This document shows, in pieces, positions 22,881-32,138 of a stretch of 32,138 nucleotides of DNA. Origin of the DNA: Chiloscyllium plagiosum. Taxonomy: Eukaryota. The stretch spans positions 70,849,018 to 70,881,155 of the forward strand of contig NC_057711.1 in NCBI RefSeq assembly GCF_004010195.1, given 5' to 3'. The translations under genes were made by a program, and so were the position numbers. Position 1 is the stretch's first letter, and the number at the start of each line of letters is the position of its first letter. The notes beneath the pieces are model-generated. The model ran no database searches. It was given only the letters and a program-made list of their open reading frames with translations, and was not told the DNA's origin.

Positions 22881-23547
22881 TGAGAGTGTAGAAGCATGGG
22901 TGTTTGTCATTTACTGTCTACTGTAATTACGCTAAAACTCATGGGATATAAACTTTTGCGTGCATAAGTACTGCTATGCATTCTGTTAGACTCGGGAGGC
23001 TTTCGGTATGGCAAGTGACAATCTTCTTAAAGCTGTACACTCACTATGAATGGAGAAGCACTGCTTGGGAAGGTTAGTACAGGGAACTGACCTTACCCCA
23101 ATTAAATGTTCACCAGGAAATAGCAGCAACCCCCATTTCATGGTCAACATCACCTGCTGTGTCATTCCTCTCATGAACACCAGTATCTTTCCATCTCTGT
23201 CATATGAAGTGATGCCAGTAGATAGACTACTGCCTCCAATCCTCCTTTCTATGATTGTCCAAGGGGTTGAAGTAGTTGGTGGTGTATGATGGACTGAGAA
23301 TAAGTTTGCCTCTATCGGAATACTGTGCTAAATTCCAACTAACTGATTCTCCACCCAGAAGCTGTGTGAGGTCACCAAACCGGGCAAAAATCAGGATAGC
23401 TCAAGTTTTAACCTTTCAGAACAATTACCTTTTACAACAATCTCCAAAGTGTCCCTTATTTTATTTCATACATGGTTATCCTGCACTCCTTCCAATTGCT
23501 GGGTACTTTGATCAGTCAACATGTCTTTTAATGAGGGACTCCTTTCC

Positions 23548-23585
23548 CACACGCGCGCGCGCACGCACACACACACACACACACA
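23548..23585. repeat. (CG)n/(CA)n compound microsatellite
   Basis: CACACGCGCGCGCGCACGCACACACA...; uninterrupted purine-pyrimidine alternation. Confidence 0.9.
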
Positions 23586-24666
23586 ATCCCATTTACTTTT
23601 CACACTTGCCTCATGTTTTGTTCCCTAGCCCCTGCTGGGTGAATATTAATGTGTTATATGTTCTCATAGCTGATGATTTATAGCCCCTTCCTGTAAAGAT
23701 GGAGTCATTTTGTACTTCATATCGAATTAAAGCTCAATAGTAATGATGCTGTGATCCAGTTTATTTGCCAACCTGAGGTAGATGCCAGCTACGAGCATGG
23801 TGGTACAATTGTAATGTATTCATACATCTCATCAAAGGAATTTTCATCGAATGGAAATATCTCACTTTTCCTTCACTGTTACCAGATTAAAGTCCTGGAA
23901 CACAAGCTCTCATGGTATTGTGAGTCAACCTACAAAACATGGATTGCAGCAGTTCATTACTGCCACAACCTAATCTACACTTTGTCATTTGATTTAACTT
24001 CATATCCTTCCTTGTTGGCAGTTTTCTCTCTCAGGTTGACAACAATTGTCCTTCCAATGCTGCTTGTGTATTAAGGGCAACCGTAACCAGAACAACACAG
24101 GCAATTGGTGAGATTATTTTAAAAATCAATCATGGCATGTAGACATTGCTGATTGGGCAGCATTTATTGCCCAATGCTAGTTGCCCTTGAGAAAGAGGTG
24201 GTGAGCTGCCTTCTTGAACCGCGACAATCCATGATATTTCCATGACAAGATGGTGCATAGCTTAAAGGGGAACTTACAGGTGGGGGTATTCCCATATATC
24301 TGCTCCCATTACTCTTCTAAACGGTAAGATTGTGGGTTTGGAAGTAATGTCTGAGAAGCCTTAGTGAATATCTGCAGTGCATCTTGTAAATTGGACACAC
24401 TATTGTCACCATGTGTCGATAGTGAAGGGAGTGGATGTATATGGATGTGGTAGCAGTCAAGCTGTGTTGCCCTTGATGGCATAAAGATTCTTGAATTTTG
24501 TTGGAGTTGCACTTGTCCAGGTAAGTGGGGAGTATTCCACTTGTACTTGTGTCTTGCAGATGGTGGAGAAGCATTGGGGTGTTCGCAACAATGTTCCCTA
24601 GAGGCTGCTTAGCTGTGCACTGGCACAGCTGGTCTGATGTTTTGTGCATGACAAATGGCATTGGCA

Positions 24667-24704
24667 CATTCCTGAAGAAGGGCTTATGCCCGAAACGTCG
24701 ATTC
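24667..24704 (+). ncRNA. Minimal hammerhead-ribozyme-like motif (PLE type)
   Basis: CTGAAGA (24672-24678), A-GGGC-TTAT-GCCC stem II, GAAAC, GTC; stem I pairing weak. Confidence 0.55.
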
Positions 24705-24797
24705 TCCTGTTCCTTGGATGCTGCCTGACCTGCTGCGCTTTTCCAGCAACACATGTTCAGCTCTGATCTCCAGCATCTGCAGTCCTCACTTTCTCCC
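24670..24797 (+). mobile_element. Solo Penelope terminus with 11-bp TSD
   Basis: Matches the reverse complement of 14485-14616; exact TSD CATTGGCACAT at 24659-24669 and 24798-24808. Confidence 0.88.
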
Positions 24798-26527
24798 CAT
24801 TGGCACATCAATCACAGCATTGACTTCTGGTTCTGGATGTCATTGGTATGTGTAGCCGGTAAGAAAATGGTCAGGAGGTGGGTTATGCGCTGCAGAATTC
24901 CTAGCCTCTAACTCACTCTTCTAGCCACAATATTTATAGGACTAGTTCAGTTCAGGTCTTGGTCAATGGTAACCCTCATGTTGTTGATAGCATTGAATTC
25001 AGTGATGGTTATGCCATTGAATGTCAAGACATGATGGTTAGATTCTCTCTTGTCTTTGCCTGACACTTGTGTGGTATGCATATTACTTGCTATACATCAG
25101 CCTAAGCATGGATATTGGCCAGTTCTTGCTGCATTTGAAAATGGACTGCTACGGTATCTGAGTAGTCATGAATGATGCTAAGTGTTATGTAACCATCAGC
25201 AAAATCCTGCAGAGATGTCTTGGAGCTGAGATGACTGACTTTCAATAAACATAACTATCTTCTTTGCGCCAGGTATAATTCTAACCAGCAGAGAATTTTC
25301 CCTTGATTGCCACTGATTCCAGTTTTGCTTAGGGCTCCCGATGCCACACTAAAACAAATATAGCCTTAACACCAAGGCAGTTAATCTTATCTCAAATGTT
25401 ATAGGAATGTTGAGATATGCTTAGCTTCAGATTATTACCAAATCTGCTGATCCTTGCAAATTTTGCTCTTAGTTCAATTAAGTACCATTCTACTTATATC
25501 TAAAACATGATATACAAAGTCTACAGATTTGAAGCACTGGTCTAAAAAAAAGGATGGATGTTTGGGAGAATGTCAATTGCAAGTTGCAGCATGGTTGCAA
25601 AAAATATTGAGAATAGCAATGACAGTCCCTTGACATGTGTTTGACACAAAGGGGTCTTGTGTTGGAGCTTTTCTTCGTATAGTTATTTATAGATTGTCAT
25701 ATAGGAAATGGATGATTGTGAACTTAGCTAGGCATTTGTATAGCTTTCGCACTTTCCAGAGGGCTTTTTGATTGAATGAGTCAAAGACTTCTGTGATGTT
25801 GAAGGAAACCATGAACTAAGGGATGTTCTTCACTCCTCGAACCTTTCATGAAGTCAGTATGCTGTGAGGTCTGTCAGCTGTACCGGTCAATATTCCAGGA
25901 GGACCTTTTCAGCAATTGGTAAGAGGCAATTCAGAAGTCTTAGTTAAGACTTCATGGACAGTTGGGAGCCATGCTATACTCTTGCAGTTCTTCCAGTTTG
26001 ACTTGTCTCTTTTCTTGAAGTTTATGAATATTGTGTCATCTCTAAGGTTGCTTGCAATTGCTTCATTCTGCTGGAGCTTCACAAATGAGACATGTACCCA
26101 AGAAATCAATCTGTCTCTTCAAAGTTTCAATAGTTCTAAAGGGAAATTGTTAGGGTCATAAACTATGTTTTTTTAATCCCATTAACAGCAGCAGTATCAA
26201 GCATTGAATCATCAACTGATGCTAAGTTGCTGATGGTCCTCTAGCAGCTTCATGGCTGCTACGGAGTTCTGTTTGATAAGGCCAACCAAGTGCACTTTCA
26301 AGCAGACGTTGATTATGTCCACATCTTCAAAGAGAATCTTGCCATCTTAGAATTTTATCAGTGTTTGTCCATGTGTTGAGGATATTGATGTAGATTGAAA
26401 GATCTGACCATTTTGTTATATTAGGCTCTGTGTTGGGGAGGGGTAAGCAGAGTTATTTCAATAATAGCTACCTGCAATTGTGCCTGTTTGCCTTACATGG
26501 TGCATTACACAACGCATACTATTGACT

Positions 26528-26710
26528 AATAAAAACAGAAAGTGGTGGAATAATTCATCAGAACACAAAGAAAACTCATATTAGCCTTAAACCATTAATC
26601 CTGTTTCTCTATCTCCACAGATGCTGCTTAGACTTCCAGCTTTTCTAGCACGTTGTGCTTTATTTTTCATTCTGATCAGCAGCACAAGCAATTTTTTTTT
26701 GTTTCAGATA
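26528..26710. mobile_element. Degenerate Penelope-terminus-derived short repeat
   Basis: AAAACAGAAAGTGGTGGAA...CTCCACAGATGCTGC...TTTTCTAGCA resembles the PLE termini. Confidence 0.4.
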
Positions 26711-27184
26711 TTTTGGTTGAAAGGTGGGTATGTCAGACATGTTATCAGGAATTGAATTCCCTCAACCCTCTTTGTCCACTATTTTTTCTTCAAATTATAA
26801 CTTCATCATGGAGCTTCCACTTTGGGGAACTTCTTTTCTGTAGAATCCTGTTTCGAGGTTTGGAGTCTTGCTCATTTATAATCTGAGGTTTCATCATTCT
26901 GTATCATTTTCATCAAACCACTCTTGGTGTCTATTATAGTGTTGCTGATAATTTCAGCATGTATGAGTGATGACGGGTTTCAAAATTTGCCAGCCACCTT
27001 TGACATCACTTGATGTAACCATCCATTCTCATAATTCACATTGATTTTTCTTGACATTTCATGAGCTTCGTATTGTTTAACAGGCCAGAAACTTCAAATG
27101 TTCTCTGGGTATATTTGGGGACTGCCTCAAAAGCCAATAGTAATCAAATGTGTCATGGGTCTGATCTACAGTTGTTGACTATAT

Positions 27185-27430
27185 TAAAATAGGTTTTACT
27201 GTCACGTGTACTCAAGAACAGGAATATAGGACACAGTGAAAAGTTTACAATGTCACCAGTCACAGCATCATCTTTTATGTAAGGTACCCAGGTACAAAAT
27301 CTCAGGTTAAAACATAGAAAAATAAAGGAATAAGTTAGAAGTTCAACATTACAGTTCGTTTCAGTATGAAGTAGTGAATAAGAAATAAACTTAAATGTTG
27401 TAGTTGAAGTTAAATGTAGCCATAGGATAT
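27185..27430 (-). mobile_element. Truncated copy of the 22073-22880 element (3' tail)
   Basis: TTTACTGTCACGTGTACTCAA...ACAGTGAAAAGTTTACA...AGAAGTTCA shared with 22087-22270. Confidence 0.6.
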
Positions 27431-27914
27431 GCAATCGAGAATCTTTTCGATCCCTGGTCCTGACTATCACATAGTCGAATATGTGCCTCAAACTTGGAAG
27501 TTTCCAGGAGCTCTTGAAACATTTTTTTTGATGGCAGAAGTAGGTGTCTGTTACCACAAGATCATGTTCAACAACAAGGAATTGGACTTCCTAACTGTGC
27601 TTCCCAGTGCTGTGTGGCTGAAGGGTGTGGTTGTTCCTGACCTGGCATTGATATCAATGACAAGTAAGTCCTTTGATTGTGATGGTACAGCTGCCAGAGT
27701 TGTGCCTACATTGGAATAAAACATTTCTTCCATTCAATCTTTGGAATCAAAAGTGCTGATGATTGTGACAGATTGGTTACATTTGTGATGAAGACATTCT
27801 AAAACTGGAAGACTGTCTACAATGCTTTGAAATCTGCCTATGAGCCCCAGCCTATTGACTCATCACCAATCCTTGTTGTGGTTTTCCTCATTTCACTCCC
27901 AAAATTGTAGACAC

Positions 27915-28420
27915 TGTATTATTAAGTTGGAGGGGTTCAGAAAAGATTTACAGGGAGTTTGCCAGGACTGGAGGGTTTGATTTAATAAGAAGAGGCTGGA
28001 CAGGCTGGACCTTTTTATCCATGGAGTGTAGGAGACTGAAGGGTGACCTTTTAGAGGTTTGTAAAATCATGAGGGGCATTGATAAGGTGAATAGCCAAGG
28101 TCTTTTCCTCAGGATACAGGAGTCCAAAACTGGACGGCAAGGGTTTAAGGTGAGAGGGAAAAGATTTAAAAGGGACCTGAGGTGCAAATTTTTCGCACAA
28201 AGGGTGGTTTGCATGTGGAATGAATTGCCAGAGGAAGTGGTGCAGTTACAACATTTAAAAGACATTTGGACAGGCACATGAATAGGTAAACTTTAGAGGG
28301 GTATGGGCCTCACACAGGCAAATGGGATTAGATCAGTTTGGGAAACCTGGTCGGAATGGATGAATTGGATCAAAGGGTCTGTTTCCACGCTGTATAATGT
28401 CTGACTCTCTGACTCTAACT
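27915..28420 (+). mobile_element. CR1 LINE 3' end
   Basis: ECRRLKGDLLEVCKIMRGID...FFAQRVVCMWNELP; 3' UTR ending CTGTTTCCACGCTGTA...(TGACTCT)n. Confidence 0.92.
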
Positions 28421-28679
28421 CTGGCAATGGTTAACATCATCTACAGATAAAATATACCTCCAAGGAATAGTTAAGATTCTGAAGTTGCCATTTAAGACTT
28501 GAAAGGGAGAAAATGAAAAAACTTAACTCAATATTGAGAATATGATTTTTTCAACCTAACTTTCCCACATTTCTCTACATGCTCACTGTACACCAAAGAT
28601 GGGAAAATTCTGCCGCTGGTAGTACTTTAAAACAGGAAAAGACCTTTGGTCCATTTCATCAACAATATTCCCTTGGTGC

Positions 28680-29525
28680 ATATTCTGAAAAATCTGACAA
28701 AGACAAGCTTAGGAATGGCAAGGAACTGATCGGGTTGGCAAAAAGAAATCACAAAGAAAATATACCTGGACACATAAAAGGAAGCCATGAAACATTCTTC
28801 AAATATGTCAGAAGTAGACAGATAATTGAGAGAGAAATTAGATGCTAAAAGTTGTTAAGAATGAAATGGAAGATAGAGAATTTTGTGACATAGCTGACAA
28901 CTATTCCTCAACTAAAAAAACTGAGAAGGATTGCTATAATTGGAGTATGTTTACAGTTGTCGAAATGCAGAATTGTTATGGTGTAGAAGATAGCTGTTTG
29001 GCCCCTCATGTTTGACTGGCTCACTGAGCATTTTAACTTAATGCCAATCTTCTGCCTTTCCTTATAGCCTGTACCTTGTTTCTTTTTAAATAACCAGCCA
29101 ATGACCTCTTCAACATGAACATAGAATGACTTTTTTTTAAACCACAAGAGGTCATGTGGGGAGGTTGCTGAAGCTTAAGGTAGATAAATGACTAGCTCTG
29201 ATAACTTTCCATCCTGGATTATGAAGGAATTGATTGTGAGTCCTCTTGCTGTTATTTTTCAGACATCACTGGATTCAGGCTAAATCCCTGAGGATTGTAA
29301 AATGACATATGCAACTCTCGTCTTAAAAAAAAGGGCACAGGATAAACATCAACTTTTAGACCTTGCTGCTAGTTGTGAGGAAATGTTTGAAAGTATTAAA
29401 GGAAGGTAATGTATTGGAGCATCTTGAGGAGAAAATGTGCTAATCCAAAATGGTCAAGGTAGATTTAAGCATGAAATGTAATGCTTGACTAATTAATTGA
29501 ATTTCTTTAGGGAGATTATAAGTAG
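28680..29525 (+). mobile_element. Old CR1 ORF2 fragments
   Basis: HIKGSHETFFKYVRSR (ORF 28579-28848); IFQTSLDSG.IPED and CLTN.LNFF-like RT remnants at 29250-29520. Confidence 0.55.
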
Positions 29526-29615
29526 GCCTCTCACTGAACTGAAAACATTTCTGCGGTGTAGAAGTGAGTAGTAGCTAAAATCCGTTCCATTGCAAAACCG
29601 AGTACTTGATAAGAG

Positions 29616-29706
29616 ATGAAAATGTGTTGCTGGAAAAGCGCAGCAGGTCAGGCAGCATCCAAGGAACAGGAGAATCGACGTTTCGGGCATAAGCCCTTCT
29701 TCAGGA
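29616..29706 (-). mobile_element. Solo Penelope terminus with intact hammerhead core
   Basis: Near-identical to 24670-24755 in reverse; CTGAAGA at 29704-29698 and GAAACGTC at 29684-29677. Confidence 0.85.
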
Positions 29707-30749
29707 GACCTGTCTTTAGATTCTAAAACTTCTGTTCACATCCAACTAAAATCTAAACTGAAGTAATAAGTCTCTTCTCTTTGATAACTAGAAATTATTC
29801 AATGTAAACAAACTCAATACAGTTGATCATGATGTGGGGAAAACTGCCCAATCTAAGTAAGAGTATCATTCAATCACAAAAACAGTTAACATATTAAATG
29901 AAAGAGCATGTTCATACTAATGCAGAGAGAAATCTTCTCTGAAGTTGGGAGATGAAACATACCATTTAGGAATAATAAAGAGAGTCAGCATCTGCTTGTA
30001 AAAGAAGTGTTCAGAGCTAACTGAGTACATAAATTCCAGTACACATTGTCACACAAAACTTTATCAAAAAAGCAAAATATTGCACAATTGGGTGTGATGC
30101 AATAACGATGCAATGCAGTAAAAATGAAAACATTTCAAGGGAAAGCATGAATGATCCCTTGGGAAAGCATAGAACACATCCACTGAAATTGCACTCTTCA
30201 CTTCCTGCCAATTATGATTGAAAATGTAGAGATTTTCTGTTGTATCTCCATTCATTTCTAAGACGGCAGTCTTCCTGCTGTTACTTCAACCTGATGGAAT
30301 TCTCATAGCTTTATTATTCATGTGCATGGCCACCAAGATGCTGAACTTGCTCCAAACAGTACAGTCATTGTATTTATTATGTATATGCTATGGTATGGTA
30401 ATAGTTAACAGATTTTAGCCAGGATTCTTAAACTGTTCTTGGCAATAAATATGTGTGAGCCAATTTGTACAGTAGTTTTGAGGATGTTTTTAATTTGAAG
30501 GAATTCCTTCAAAAGCTGAATTATCCATGTGTTAATAAAACCCTCCAATGTAATGGAGATTAATGTTTGTAACTTGCTTCATCCCAGGGTTTTTCAAGGT
30601 CATCTGGAATACTCGGGTAGTGTCTCCCACCCATCCTCCTCCTCTAACCTAAAAAAAAAGTTGTGGGAGCCAGATTGACAAGGTAAGATAACTAGTTTAT
30701 TTCCTAATCCTTTTTTTTAGTAGTCACTTCGGGAGTTAGAATAGTGGGA

Positions 30750-31669
30750 ATGGAGTTTAGGGCAGTGGAATGCTCCTCCTGCAGAATGTGGGAAGGAAGG
30801 GTCACCACGAGTGTCCCTGCTGACTACATCTGTGGGAAGTGCACCCAACACCAGCTCCTCAAAAACCACAACAGGGAACTGGAGCTGGAGTTGGATGAAC
30901 TTCGGATCATTTGGGAGTCAGAGGGGGTTATTGACAGGACTTACAGAGAGGTAGTCACTCCCCAGATAAAAGAAAAAGACAGATGGGTGACAGTTAGGGG
31001 ACAGAAAGGGAACCGGCAGGCAGTGCAGGGATCCCCTGTGGCCATTCCCCTCAACAATAAATATGCCGTTTTGGATACTGTTGGGGGGGATGACTTACCA
31101 GGGGAAAGCAGTGGGGAACCTGCTGCTCAGAAGGGAAGGGGGAAGAGGAGCAGAGGAGCAGAGCAGCAGTCATAGGGAACTCGATATTTAGGGGGACAGA
31201 TAGGATGTTCTGTGGGGACGGGAGAGACTCACGGTTGGTGTGTTGTCTCCCGGGTGCCAGGGTCCGTGATGTCTCTGATTGTGTTTTTGGGATCCTTTGG
31301 GGGAAGGGAGAGCAGCCCCAAGTCATGGTCCACATTGGCACCAACGACATAGGTCGGATGAGAGATGGGGACTTGAGGCAGAAATTCAGGGAGCTATGAT
31401 GGAAGCATAGAGCTAGGACAAACAGAGTTGTTTTATCTGGTTTGCTGTCCGTGCCACGTGCTAGTGAGGTGAGGAATAGGGAGAGAAGGGAGTTGAACAC
31501 GTGGCTACAGGGATGATGCAGGAGGGAGGGTTTCGGGTTTTTGGATAATTGGGGCTCTTTCTGGGGTAGGTAGGACCTCTACAAGCAGGATGGTCTTCAT
31601 CTAAACCATTGGGGTACCAATATCCTGGGTGGGAAATTCGCTAAAGCTATTAAGGTGGATTTAAACTAA
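30750..31669 (+). pseudogene. CR1 ORF1p (Zn finger, coiled coil, SGNH/GDSL esterase), disrupted
   Basis: CSSC...CGKC, LELELDELR coiled coil, VIGNS (GDS block), LPGA, HIGTND, DGLHLN; frameshift near 31130-31170 and several stops. Confidence 0.88.
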
Positions 31670-31771
31670 TACAGCAGGGGGATGGGAACCAAAATTGTAG
31701 AACAGGTACAGAAGAGGATGAGAGTAGGGAGTTCCAATATCAAGTATCTGACACTGGTAACGGGAACCTGG

Positions 31772-32138
31772 ATTGAAGTGTGTGTACTTCAACGCGAGGA
31801 GCATCCAAAATAAAGTGGGTGAACTGGCAGCGTGGGTTGGTACCTTGGACTTCGATGTTGTGGCCATTACAGAGACATGGATAAAGCAGGGACAGGAATG
31901 GCTGTTGCAGGTTCCGGGATTCAGATGTTTCAGTAAGAACAGAGAAGATGATAAAAGAGGGGGAGGTGTGGCATTGTTGATCAGGGACAATATTACAGTT
32001 GTAGAAAGGATGTTTGGGGACTCGTTAACTGAGGTAGTATGGGCTGAGGTTAGAAACAGGAAAGGAGAAGTCACCATGCTGGGAGTTTTCTATAGGCCTC
32101 CAAATAGTTCCAGAGATGTAGAGGAAAGGAAAGCAAAG
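31772..32138 (+). pseudogene. CR1 ORF2 APE endonuclease N-terminus (partial)
   Basis: Open frame with NARS, ITETW, GGGVA and YRPP motifs up to the window edge. Confidence 0.85.

Larger units (their letters stand above)
24115..25390 (-). mobile_element. Old CR1/L2-group LINE RT 3' fragment, interrupted by a Penelope terminus
   Basis: ORFs 24309-24512 and 24317-24811 (-) carry decayed C-terminal RT-like sequence (IHSLHYRHMVTIVCPIYKMHC...LLRHYFQ). Confidence 0.6.
25430..27900 (-). mobile_element. Decayed RTE-clade (BovB-like) LINE: APE + RT, interrupted
   Basis: EEMFYSNVG...DLLVIDINAR (27551-27733), VTDTYF...SW..P...IFDYVIVRTRDRKD (27153-27557), NLRDDTIFINFKKRDKSNWKNCKSIAWL (25909-26109). Confidence 0.8.
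30600..32138 (+). mobile_element. CR1 LINE 5' portion (5' UTR, ORF1, start of ORF2), runs off the window
   Basis: ORF1 followed by the APE start LKCVYFNARSIQNK...DVVAITETW...RGGGVALL...GVFYRPP. Confidence 0.93.

Noticed and set aside
22355..24074. Cluster of short ORFs (65-169 aa)
   Set aside because: Low-complexity or repeat-derived, mostly non-ATG starts, no domains; chance ORFs.
30683..30720. GTAAGA...TTTTAG mini-intron in the CR1 5' UTR
   Set aside because: 38 nt is below the usual vertebrate intron minimum; no evidence of use.

Overview
Eukaryotic, repeat-dominated intergenic or intronic DNA, most likely from a cartilaginous fish (inferred from HE1-type tRNA SINEs and the CR1/Penelope/Tx1/RTE mix). 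I can support no intact host protein-coding gene; every ORF I can recognise is a transposon remnant. Contents: several CR1 LINE fragments (one 5' end with an esterase ORF1 and APE), two HE1 SINEs, a decayed Gypsy pol, a Penelope element (RT+GIY-YIG) plus solo termini carrying minimal hammerhead-ribozyme cores, an RTE remnant, a Deu-type SINE and two copies of a short solo-LTR-like element. The stand-out is 17567-20273: four head-to-tail insertions of one Tx1-clade non-LTR retrotransposon at the same site, directly at the TATA box of the LTR-like element. Five copies of the target duplication (AAGA)AGGGTGCTTGA flank and separate them. Two insertions are ~80-nt mini-units with identical 5' ends. 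Their poly(A) tails contain AGGAGTGTC(A/C)GA, matching the equivalent post-TATA site of the empty paralogous LTR at 9513-9712. This points to a site-specific, LTR-promoter-targeting retrotransposon with a non-autonomous mini partner whose tails may record earlier landing sites. Family names come from motif recognition, not database searches; boundaries of old elements are approximate.
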